Sequence record: SRR2962707_1079
Strand: one strand, 5' to 3'
DNA length: 55,632 nt
Shown: positions 47,475 through 55,632 of the stretch, in pieces
Layout of the letters: every line of letters starts with the position of its first letter
How positions within the stretch are numbered: the first letter of the stretch is position 1
Position numbers and translations under genes: made by a program
The notes under the pieces: generated by a model
Databases searched by the model: none
What the model was told of the DNA's origin: nothing
What the model saw: the letters and a program-made list of their open reading frames with translations, nothing else

Positions 47475-48923
47475 ATGCACATTAAAGTAATTTTGCGGGT
47501 TATTGGTTTGTTGGTGATGGTATTTAGCCTCTCCTTAATTCCGCCAATGATTGTCTCCTTAATTTATTCCGATGGAGTATTAGACTCCTTTGTTTATGCT
47601 ATGTGCATCAACCTAGTCGGCGGTTTCCTTCTTTGGTTTCCTGTGCGGAATCATAGAGGCGAGCTCAAAATCCGCGATGGCTTCTTAATTACCGTTCTAT
47701 TCTGGACAGTACTTGGCCTCTTCGGCTCAGTCCCTTTCTTCTTGGCGGACACACCAGATCTGTCTTTTACCGATGCTCTGTTTGAATCCATCTCAGGCTT
47801 AACCACAACCGGTGCAACCATACTGACAGGCATTGATGATCTGCCTAAATCCATTCTCTTTTACCGTCAATTGTTAACCTGGTTAGGCGGGATGGGGATT
47901 ATCGTTTTGGCCGTGGCTATCATGCCAATGTTAGGCATAGGTGGTATGCAGCTTTACCGAGCAGAAACACCAGGCCCAGTAAAAGACACCAAGCTGACGC
48001 CTCGTATTGCCGAAACCGCCAAAGCACTTTGGTACATTTATGCCACGCTCACGTGCGTTTGTGCGATAGGCTATTGGGTTGCAGGAATGAGCCTATTTGA
48101 TGCTATTTGTCACAGTTTCTCGACCGTTGCGATCGGTGGTTTTTCCACTCATGATGACAGTATTGGTTATTTTAATAGTGTGCCGATAGAGATGATTGCC
48201 ACCTTCTTCATGGTGGTTTCAGCGTTTAACTTCGCGCTGCATTTTCACGCTTGGCGACACAAAAGCGTATTGCATTACCTAATGGATCCTGAGGCACGTT
48301 TCTTCCTCTTTATCCTGCTTTGTACCATTTCTTTGTCTACGTTTGTTCTCGCCATGACCTCCACCTATGACTGGGGCTCGTCATTGCGTTACGCTGTATT
48401 TGAGAGTGTCTCGATCGCCACAACCTCAGGGTTTGGTACTTCGGACTTCTCAACCTGGCCGCATTTCTTACCCTTCTTATTGATTGTCACCTCATTTGCT
48501 GGCGGCTGTGCGAGCTCTACTGGTGGCGGTATGAAGGTCATTCGGATTCTACTGATCCTCAAGCAGGGACTGCGTGAAATTCAACGCCTCGTACACCCAA
48601 ATGCGGTTATTCCCGTTAAGGTGGGTGGCAAAGCCATTCAAGAACGAGTGGTGTCAGCGGTATGGGGCTTTTTCTCCGCGTACCTGTTGGTCTATGTCAT
48701 CTTGATGATCGGGTTAATGGCAACGGGGCTCGACCAAGTCACCGCTTGGTCTGCGGTTGCAGCGACTTTAAACAACCTAGGCCCTGGGCTTGGCAGTGTT
48801 TCAAGTACCTTTGCTGGGGTCAATGACCCTGCCAAATGGATGCTGTGTTTTTCTATGTTGCTAGGTCGTTTAGAAGTCTTCACCTTGCTGGTATTATTTA
48901 CCCCTATGTTTTGGCAGAAATAA
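47475..48923 (+). CDS. trkH: Trk K+ uptake membrane subunit
   Basis: FESISGLTTTGAT, WLGGMG, KLTPRI, GGCASSTGGGMK, NNLGPG, MLLGRLE. Confidence 0.97.
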   Translation: MHIKVILRVIGLLVMVFSLSLIPPMIVSLIYSDGVLDSFVYAMCINLVGGFLLWFPVRNHRGELKIRDGFLITVLFWTVLGLFGSVPFFLADTPDLSFTDALFESISGLTTTGATILTGIDDLPKSILFYRQLLTWLGGMGIIVLAVAIMPMLGIGGMQLYRAETPGPVKDTKLTPRIAETAKALWYIYATLTCVCAIGYWVAGMSLFDAICHSFSTVAIGGFSTHDDSIGYFNSVPIEMIATFFMVVSAFNFALHFHAWRHKSVLHYLMDPEARFFLFILLCTISLSTFVLAMTSTYDWGSSLRYAVFESVSIATTSGFGTSDFSTWPHFLPFLLIVTSFAGGCASSTGGGMKVIRILLILKQGLREIQRLVHPNAVIPVKVGGKAIQERVVSAVWGFFSAYLLVYVILMIGLMATGLDQVTAWSAVAATLNNLGPGLGSVSSTFAGVNDPAKWMLCFSMLLGRLEVFTLLVLFTPMFWQK

Positions 48924-48936
48924 CGACGAGGTTGTC

Positions 48937-49410
48937 ATGACGCCCGCGATTAACCTATTAAAGAAACAAAAAATGGCCGTCTCTATTCACGAATACGAGC
49001 ACGATACTAACTGCCATAACTTTGGCGAAGAGGCGGCAACAAAGCTCAACTTAGACCCTGAGTCTGTGTTTAAAACGTTGTTAATAAGCGACGACAAACA
49101 CTTCTTTGTGGCCATAGTCCCTGTAACAAGCACGTTGAATTTGAAACGAGCAGCAAGCGCTTTTAACGTTAAAAAATTGCGCATGGCTGATCCTAAAGAA
49201 GCAGAAAGGCTCACTGGCTATTTGGTCGGTGGTATCAGTCCTATAGGTCAAAAGAAGCGACTAGTCACTTGCATCGATAGCAGTGCAAAAGCGTTTTCTA
49301 CAATCTATGTCAGTGGCGGCAAACGTGGCTTAGACATCGGCCTTGCTCCGGAAGATTTAAGCCGCGCTTGTCATCAGGCTCAATTTGCGGATATCCGCGA
49401 CACGAAATAA
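48937..49410 (+). CDS. ybaK: Cys-tRNA(Pro) deacylase
   Basis: MTPAI, VFKTL, TGYLVGGISP-GQK, VSGGKRGL. Confidence 0.95.
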   Translation: MTPAINLLKKQKMAVSIHEYEHDTNCHNFGEEAATKLNLDPESVFKTLLISDDKHFFVAIVPVTSTLNLKRAASAFNVKKLRMADPKEAERLTGYLVGGISPIGQKKRLVTCIDSSAKAFSTIYVSGGKRGLDIGLAPEDLSRACHQAQFADIRDTK

Positions 49411-49467
49411 TCGACTATTCACTCAGCCTTGTTTAAGGCGAATCATGTTCCCAAAAGGTAGCTCACC

Positions 49468-50025
49468 ATGGCGCAAGTTAAACCCATTATTCTATTAGAC
49501 CGAGACGGCGTCATTAACCAAGACTCTGACGCCTATGTAAAATCGGTGGACGAATGGATTCCATTACCAGGCAGCATCAAATCCATTGCCGCATTATCAA
49601 AAGCAGGCTTTCAAGTTTTTGTCGTAACTAACCAATCTGGCATCGCTCGTGGTTATTACGACGAAGCAACACTCAAGGCCATGCATGACAAAATGAAAAC
49701 ACTGGTAGAAGCAGAGGGTGGCGCCATTGCTGGAGTCGAATATTGCCCACACGGACCTGATGATAATTGCCAGTGTCGTAAACCAAATAGCGGCATGATT
49801 GAGGCCATTGAAACTCAACTTGGTGTCTCTTTTGAAACCACACCTGCCATCATGGTAGGGGATTCATTACGAGATTTGCAGGCCGGTAAGGCAAGAGGCT
49901 GCGCTCCTGTGCTTGTGCTAACAGGAAATGGACGTGAGACACAGTATAAAGAGATCGATTTCTACTTTGATATCTACACAGACCTAGCGGCATTTACCAT
50001 AGCAACACTACAGAAATACAGCTAA
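49468..50025 (+). CDS. gmhB: D-glycero-D-manno-heptose-1,7-bisphosphate phosphatase
   Basis: LDRDGVIN, TNQSG, CPH...C-CRKP, VGDS. Confidence 0.93.
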   Translation: MAQVKPIILLDRDGVINQDSDAYVKSVDEWIPLPGSIKSIAALSKAGFQVFVVTNQSGIARGYYDEATLKAMHDKMKTLVEAEGGAIAGVEYCPHGPDDNCQCRKPNSGMIEAIETQLGVSFETTPAIMVGDSLRDLQAGKARGCAPVLVLTGNGRETQYKEIDFYFDIYTDLAAFTIATLQKYS

Positions 50026-50409
50026 CAAAGCTGAGATTAATAGAGTAAGAAGTAGGTAAGTGCTTACTTTCTTCTTGCTCTATTGGTCATTCCTATTGTT
50101 TTTTCCTGATAGAAACCCACCGCTTTCCATATTGCACCAAGGACGCCTTTTTGTTCTCGATGTATCAACAAACATCAAAATACATTTCTCATTGGAACGG
50201 CGCTTAATCTGCCGACGATAAGGCAGGTTAATACACTGACTGCTTATTCAGTAGGTTCAACGCCGCTTCGCAAAGTCTTAACTCATACTCTAATAGGCAT
50301 TCAGAAAAAGCGCATGCATTTTGAGCCTCTTTAGCACGAATTACGTATTCTCTATCGACGGGACTTCTGTTTTAAAATCACACAAAAGTTGGTATTTTAT
50401 AGACCCATA

Positions 50410-50428
50410 GATGATAATGGTTATTATT
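50410..50428. promoter_or_regulatory. Fur box upstream of the AraC regulator
   Basis: GATGATAATGGTTATTATT, a GATAAT-hexamer array. Confidence 0.7.
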
Positions 50429-50447
50429 AATTTATTCGTATCTTATT

Positions 50448-51320
50448 ATGGCTCAGCAAAACAGACTCACTCGCATCGAAAAGGTTTTAGATTACATCCA
50501 TGACAATCTGGATGAACCTATTAATGTGACGAACCTAGCAGAAAGAAGCTGTTGGTCACGTTGGCAATTCCAACGCGTTTTTGGCGAAGCCACGGGGCTT
50601 ACGGTCGCTCAATACATTAGAGAGCTTCGTTTAAGCAAAGCCGCTGAGTTGCTGCTTTCTAGCACAAGCCGCCAAGTGGACGTAGCGATGCAATGTGGCT
50701 TTGATTCAGAAATCAGTTTCTCCCGCGCTTTCAAACAGATGTTTCATTGCACCCCTCGATCGTATCGCCAGAGAGGCAAGCGCCAAGGGTTAAGAACCCC
50801 CTTACACTATCGAACGAACAATGCGCTATCGGCAGACAAATCCAAAGCCTTTACGCAAATCCGAATTGAAAATCACGATTCACTTTGCCTTTATGGCACG
50901 CACGACTGGATTCGAGGGCCTTTTTCTTCAGCCCCAGACTTTCTTGAACGTGTGCCCAAACTATGGAACAGCGTTGAAAAACAAGCCGCAGCCATCAAAG
51001 ACAAAAGCCCCATCGGCATAATAGACACACATTATGATGCTCAGCACCCAGAGCAAATGTGTTATTGGGCAGGGTATTTAGGGGAGCGATTAGAAGGCCA
51101 AGAGAGCATTGTAGTTCCAGCTCAAGAATATGCAGTGATCCCAGTACACGGTAAAGCCTCTGAAGTCGAAAAAGCAGTAGGCTGGTTTCTGCATTGCTGG
51201 CTACCTGAGTCAAATTACTACAGTGTTTCAGGTTATGAATTGGAGAAATATGATGTCAATTATGACCCAAACAGCACTCAGAGTTACATGGAGTACTGGC
51301 TGCCGATTCAGCCAAGATAG
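50448..51320 (+). CDS. AraC-family regulator with C-terminal GyrI-like effector domain
   Basis: SRWQFQRVF, LRLSKAA, GFDSEISFSRAFK, P--YR; C-terminal WLPES...E-Y...EYWLPI. Confidence 0.92.
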   Translation: MAQQNRLTRIEKVLDYIHDNLDEPINVTNLAERSCWSRWQFQRVFGEATGLTVAQYIRELRLSKAAELLLSSTSRQVDVAMQCGFDSEISFSRAFKQMFHCTPRSYRQRGKRQGLRTPLHYRTNNALSADKSKAFTQIRIENHDSLCLYGTHDWIRGPFSSAPDFLERVPKLWNSVEKQAAAIKDKSPIGIIDTHYDAQHPEQMCYWAGYLGERLEGQESIVVPAQEYAVIPVHGKASEVEKAVGWFLHCWLPESNYYSVSGYELEKYDVNYDPNSTQSYMEYWLPIQPR

Positions 51321-51387
51321 AGTAAAGAGTTTTGCTTATTTCATTCAAGATGCACCAAATCGTTAAGTTTTATCCACTCCTGAGAAA

Positions 51388-51412
51388 TATAATGAGATTC
51401 ATTCTCATTATA
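51388..51412. promoter_or_regulatory. Fur box upstream of the TonB-dependent receptor
   Basis: Perfect 10-5-10 palindrome TATAATGAGA-TTCAT-TCTCATTATA. Confidence 0.8.
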
Positions 51413-51438
51413 AAATAAAACACACTCTCGGAGTCAAA

Positions 51439-53613
51439 ATGAAATCCTCTTTGCCGATTCAACCCACTTTACTCGCACTCGCGATTGCCAGTGCTTCATC
51501 ACATTCATTTGCGGCTGAGTCCTCAAATACTAATACCTCGGCAGGGAATGCAGCCAATACTGAAGAAGAGATCACTCTATCCACTGATCAACTAAGCCCG
51601 TTAGTGGTTAAAGGACAAACCTACCGCAACACCGCGACCAAAACCCAATTAGACCCCGAAGAAACACCTCAGGGCATTTCGGTTGTTGATCAAGAAACCT
51701 TACAGCAAAGAGGAACTGAAACCGTTGCTGAAGCGGTTAGATACACATCAGGGGTGAATACCGAACTTCGTGGCGGCGCAGTGACACGCATAGATTTGTT
51801 TAATATTCGAGGCTTCCAAAACTATCAAACCTACTACGATGGTTTGCAATTACTGTTTAACGACTGGAACTTACAACCGCAAATCGACATGGCTGCGGTT
51901 GAACAAGTTGAAGTCTTTAAAGGACCCACCTCGACGCTATATGGCTCTATGCCACCAGGTGGCATGGTGAACATGATCAGTAAATCACCACAAAAAGAAA
52001 GTAAAAGCAGTGTTGAAGTCACCCTTGGTAACGACAATAAGCGCGAAACACAAATCGACAGCACAGGCGCTCTAACCGACGATATAAATTATCGAGTGAT
52101 TGGTCTGTTCCGCAAGAAAGACGGCCAAGCAACAACGACGGAAGAAGAGCGCATCATGATTGCGCCATCGATTGACTGGCAAATCAGTGACGACACGCTA
52201 TTAAACATCAATATGTATTACCAAAAAGACCCAAGTATGGGTGCCTATACCTCATTACCTTCTAAAGGAACGGTATACAGCAACATTAATGGCTCATTGG
52301 ATTCAGATGCATTTTCTGGAGACGCCGACTGGAATACCTATCGCCGAGAAGAGTTTTTACTTGGCTATAAAATAGACCACACCATTAATGATACTTGGAG
52401 CTTCTTGCAAAATGCCCGCTTCATGGACGCCACCGCTTATCAAGAAAATACTTATACAGCAGGTTTAAGCGCTGACGAAACAACAGTATCAAGACGTGCC
52501 TACCTAACCGACGAGTCCAGTAAAGGCATCACTATTGATAACCAGTTTTCTGGTGTCTTTGACCTAGGTGAAACAGAGCATAACTTACTGATTGGGGTGG
52601 ATTATCTGAAACTAAAATCCGACATTCAATATGAAGATGCGGCGGCGCCTAGCCTTAATTTATACGATCCAGATTATTATCAAATCTCTTACAATAATCT
52701 AGATTTCGCAGCATCTGGCTACAGCAGTGATTTCACTATTAAGAAAGAGCAAACCGGTTTATACATTCAAGACCAAATACGCCTTAACCAATGGATTCTG
52801 ATCGCCGGAGGCCGTTACGACAAATACCACTCGACCACTAAGGGTATTCAGTACGGTTCCGATGTCGATAGCTCAGTAGACCAAGATCAATTTACAGGTC
52901 GCCTTGGTGTGCTCTATAAAATGGACAATGGTCTATCGCCCTTTATTAGTTACGCACAGAGCTTTGAACCCATTTCAGGCACAGACAAAGATGGCAATGC
53001 TTATGACACCTCCACTGCGAACCAATGGGAAGCTGGGGTTAAGTATGAATCAGGCCGTACCAAAGCAAGTTTGGCAGGTTTTCAGATCCTCAAAGAAAAC
53101 GTGCTAACCCGCGATCCGAATGGTACTGCTTACGACAAAATCCAAGTAGGTGAGATTCGCTCTCGAGGCCTAGAACTTGAGATCCAACAGCAGCTCACGC
53201 CTGCCATTAACTGGCGCGCAGCTTATACATTACAAGATGTAGAAGTAACAAAAGACAACAGCGGCATTGAAGGCAACACGCCGATTTGGGTGCCTGATCA
53301 GCAGCTGTCTACTTGGCTTTCTTACGCACCACAAGATGGGCAACTAACAGGCGCGACGTTCGGGGCTGGGGTTCGCTATGTTGGTGAAATGGAACTGAAC
53401 TCAACCAATACCGATACTGTACCTTCTTATACTCTTGTTGATTTGTCTGTAGGGTATGATTTGGCCATGCTCGGCTCAAAATGGAAGGGGGCAAGCGTTC
53501 GTTTCTCCATGAACAACGCCTTTGATAAAACCTACTACAGCTGTTACGACGAAGATAACTGCTGGTATGGCGACTCACGCTCTTTCGAAATCACAGGTCG
53601 TTATGAATTTTAA
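51439..53613 (+). CDS. TonB-dependent siderophore receptor (FhuA/FoxA-like)
   Basis: Signal peptide, TATKT-ETPQ, IRGF, EVFKGP-S-LYG-PGG-VN, C-terminal Phe (RYEF). Confidence 0.93.
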   Translation: MKSSLPIQPTLLALAIASASSHSFAAESSNTNTSAGNAANTEEEITLSTDQLSPLVVKGQTYRNTATKTQLDPEETPQGISVVDQETLQQRGTETVAEAVRYTSGVNTELRGGAVTRIDLFNIRGFQNYQTYYDGLQLLFNDWNLQPQIDMAAVEQVEVFKGPTSTLYGSMPPGGMVNMISKSPQKESKSSVEVTLGNDNKRETQIDSTGALTDDINYRVIGLFRKKDGQATTTEEERIMIAPSIDWQISDDTLLNINMYYQKDPSMGAYTSLPSKGTVYSNINGSLDSDAFSGDADWNTYRREEFLLGYKIDHTINDTWSFLQNARFMDATAYQENTYTAGLSADETTVSRRAYLTDESSKGITIDNQFSGVFDLGETEHNLLIGVDYLKLKSDIQYEDAAAPSLNLYDPDYYQISYNNLDFAASGYSSDFTIKKEQTGLYIQDQIRLNQWILIAGGRYDKYHSTTKGIQYGSDVDSSVDQDQFTGRLGVLYKMDNGLSPFISYAQSFEPISGTDKDGNAYDTSTANQWEAGVKYESGRTKASLAGFQILKENVLTRDPNGTAYDKIQVGEIRSRGLELEIQQQLTPAINWRAAYTLQDVEVTKDNSGIEGNTPIWVPDQQLSTWLSYAPQDGQLTGATFGAGVRYVGEMELNSTNTDTVPSYTLVDLSVGYDLAMLGSKWKGASVRFSMNNAFDKTYYSCYDEDNCWYGDSRSFEITGRYEF

Positions 53614-53663
53614 TCCGGCCAGCCAACAGGGACGTTTAGCCGCGAAGGAGGGTAGAAGCTAAT

Positions 53664-54413
53664 ATGGAAAACCCTTTGCCTCGCCTTTTTAAAACTGCGG
53701 CTTCTTTTATTCCCATTCTAGAGGGGCGGATGCTAAACACACCTGCGGACAGAGACATTGGCTCTTTGTCCGCCGATGAACCAGAACAAGCACTGCGTAC
53801 ATTGCATCATGCTTTGCAAGAGGCGCATCCGGAAGCGGGTGCGCCTTATTGGCGTGTACGCTGTTGGGGATTAGTCTGTTGGCAGCCTATTTATCTTGCG
53901 CTGATCTGCGTTTACCAATTAAAAAGCGTCCCTCTGAATCTACAAACATTAGTACAAAATCAGCAAGCGACCATGGTAGCGGGTTACCAATTGCCTGACG
54001 GAGAATGGCAAGAAGGCCATAAAGAGGAGCTTATTAACACCATTTGCCAGTCACTAGCTAGGCTCTTTAAGACGCTTCAGCATGCTCATATGGCCTTATT
54101 TGGCGGCAACCCCATTCTGTACCAAACCTTGCTGGCAGATCAGTTGTTAGCCTCTCTTGTTGTCGCAGGGCAATTATTTCCAGCGTTTGACGAAGCGGCA
54201 ATTAACACGGACTTTAAACACTGGGCCAACGCCCTTGCGCTGCCACTAACGCCACTCAAAGGGCTGCAATACAGCCCAGATAAAAAAGTCAGATTTGTCC
54301 GTCAAACCTGCTGTTTGCACTTTCGCCGTTGTGATGGTGCGCTTTGTTCGAATTGCCCAAGGTTGCAGGCAAAACACGCCAGAGAGCATAAAAAACGCCA
54401 ATTATCGGCCTAA
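53664..54413 (+). CDS. Siderophore ferric-iron reductase (FhuF-like 2Fe-2S protein)
   Basis: C-terminal CC-x10-C-x2-C (RQTCCLHFRRCDGALCSNCP); HPEAG-YW-R-W-WQP. Confidence 0.88.
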   Translation: MENPLPRLFKTAASFIPILEGRMLNTPADRDIGSLSADEPEQALRTLHHALQEAHPEAGAPYWRVRCWGLVCWQPIYLALICVYQLKSVPLNLQTLVQNQQATMVAGYQLPDGEWQEGHKEELINTICQSLARLFKTLQHAHMALFGGNPILYQTLLADQLLASLVVAGQLFPAFDEAAINTDFKHWANALALPLTPLKGLQYSPDKKVRFVRQTCCLHFRRCDGALCSNCPRLQAKHAREHKKRQLSA

Positions 54414-54637
54414 TCAGCGCTCGATATGAAGCAATATAAGGTAAGTACTCACTATCGATTTTTAACTGATTTATTAAGAAGCGGCCTTCTGTCAGTGCTT
54501 TAGTAAAACATCGACACTGATCGGACGACCAACGACACTAATCGAAGACTGCATCAAAGCCGTGTAATAACGATTCTACAACCATCCCACAACAAGAAAG
54601 CCCACCTCTATTATCAGTGAAAGGTTTATCTAGGCAT

Positions 54638-54675
54638 AAAAAAAACGGCTAGAGCGTTCACTCTAACCGTTTTTT
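54638..54675. terminator. Bidirectional intrinsic terminator after gyrB
   Basis: A8-CGGCTAGAG-CGTTCA-CTCTAACCG-T6. Confidence 0.8.
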
Positions 54676-54696
54676 GAAGAATGCTGGTACGAAGAA

Positions 54697-55632
54697 TCAG
54701 ATGTCCAAGTTCGCTACATTCAAGGCGTTGTCTTGAATGAAGTTACGACGTGGTTCTACTTCGTCGCCCATTAAGGTTGTGAACATTTGGTCAGCAGCAA
54801 CGGCGTCATCGATGGTTACGCGCAACATGCGACGTGCATCAGGGTCCATTGTGGTTTCCCAAAGTTGCTCAGGGTTCATCTCACCCAGTCCTTTATAACG
54901 CTGTGTCGTTAAGCCACGAGACGCTTCTTTCATCAACCAAGCTTTCATATCGCTGATGGTTTCTACTGGCTGACGACGTTCGCCGCGCTGGATGAAAGAT
55001 TCTTCACCAAACAATTCAGCAACCGTTTCAGACATAGCAACAATGCGTTTGTATTCAGGTGAGCTGAAGAAAGTCGCTTCAAAACGGTAACGGTTCGACA
55101 CACCATGAGACATGATGTTGACCACTGGCAAGTACAGGTTGCGCTCTTCGTCTTTCTCTACTGAGAAGTCAAAACGGAAACCGGTACGTGCATCTAATGG
55201 CATTTGGTTACGAATCGCTTCAACCCATTCGATAACAGCCGCTTCGTTCATTAGATCGTCTTGGGTTAACGCTTTGCAGTACAGAAGTTTGCCCATTACA
55301 TCTTTTGGATACACACGAGACAAACGATCAATATCGGACTCAATGCGGATATAATCACGTACTAATGTTGCCAAAGGCGCGCCTTGAATGCCTGGAGCGT
55401 CTTCATTGACGTGCATGTGAGCGCCGTCTAGAGCCACTTCAATTAAGTACTGTTCCATCGCGGCTTCGTCTTTAATGTATTGCTCTTGCTTACCACGTTT
55501 GATTTTGAACAAAGGTGGTTGCGCAATAAAGATATGGCCACGTTCGATAATTTCCGGCATTTGACGGAAGAAGAAGGTCAGCAACAAGGTACGGATGTGC
55601 GAGCCATCGACGTCGGCATCGGTCATGATGAC
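54697..55632 (-). CDS. gyrB: DNA gyrase subunit B, C-terminal part (start is outside the window)
   Basis: [57 protein letters not shown]. Confidence 0.98.
   Translation of the reverse strand, partial: VIMTDADVDGSHIRTLLLTFFFRQMPEIIERGHIFIAQPPLFKIKRGKQEQYIKDEAAMEQYLIEVALDGAHMHVNEDAPGIQGAPLATLVRDYIRIESDIDRLSRVYPKDVMGKLLYCKALTQDDLMNEAAVIEWVEAIRNQMPLDARTGFRFDFSVEKDEERNLYLPVVNIMSHGVSNRYRFEATFFSSPEYKRIVAMSETVAELFGEESFIQRGERRQPVETISDMKAWLMKEASRGLTTQRYKGLGEMNPEQLWETTMDPDARRMLRVTIDDAVAADQMFTTLMGDEVEPRRNFIQDNALNVANLDI

Noticed and set aside
51370-51378. Isolated TTATCCACT DnaA-like box
   Set aside because: A single one-mismatch 9-mer is expected by chance.

Overview
Origin-proximal chromosomal window from a marine gammaproteobacterium. 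Gene content and order suggest Marinomonas/Oceanospirillales, which is an inference. Core genes are cyoAB, aroE, hemF, cysQ, hslR, dprA, def-fmt-rsmB, trkAH, ybaK, gmhB and the 3' part of gyrB. Accessory modules lie between them: a MocR regulator/FMN-binding protein pair, an Fe-S D-lactate dehydrogenase with an LldR-type regulator, a NorR-hmp/truncated-haemoglobin NO-defence cluster, a hydroxyproline/D-proline catabolic operon, gabDT, a YejM/PbgA homologue, a BauR-like LysR regulator with a chemoreceptor and TRAP transporter, a stand-alone fabF with TetR, and a Fur-controlled xenosiderophore uptake cassette. I saw no rRNA, tRNA, CRISPR array, transposase or phage genes. The most interesting signals are non-coding. 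(1) One LysR-type operator occurs three times, at near-identical spacing to a candidate -10, upstream of gabDT, the chemoreceptor locus and the TRAP operon, implying a sense-import-catabolise regulon. (2) A structured, intrinsically terminated RNA of about 170 nt is predicted divergent from that LysR gene (sRNA or riboswitch/attenuator). (3) A dense DnaA-box cluster lies upstream of the dinF-like gene, about 45 kb from gyrB (datA/DARS-like). (4) There are three parS sites, two written into coding sequence as the peptide VSRET and one forming the tip of a terminator hairpin. Product calls come from motif recognition, not database searches.
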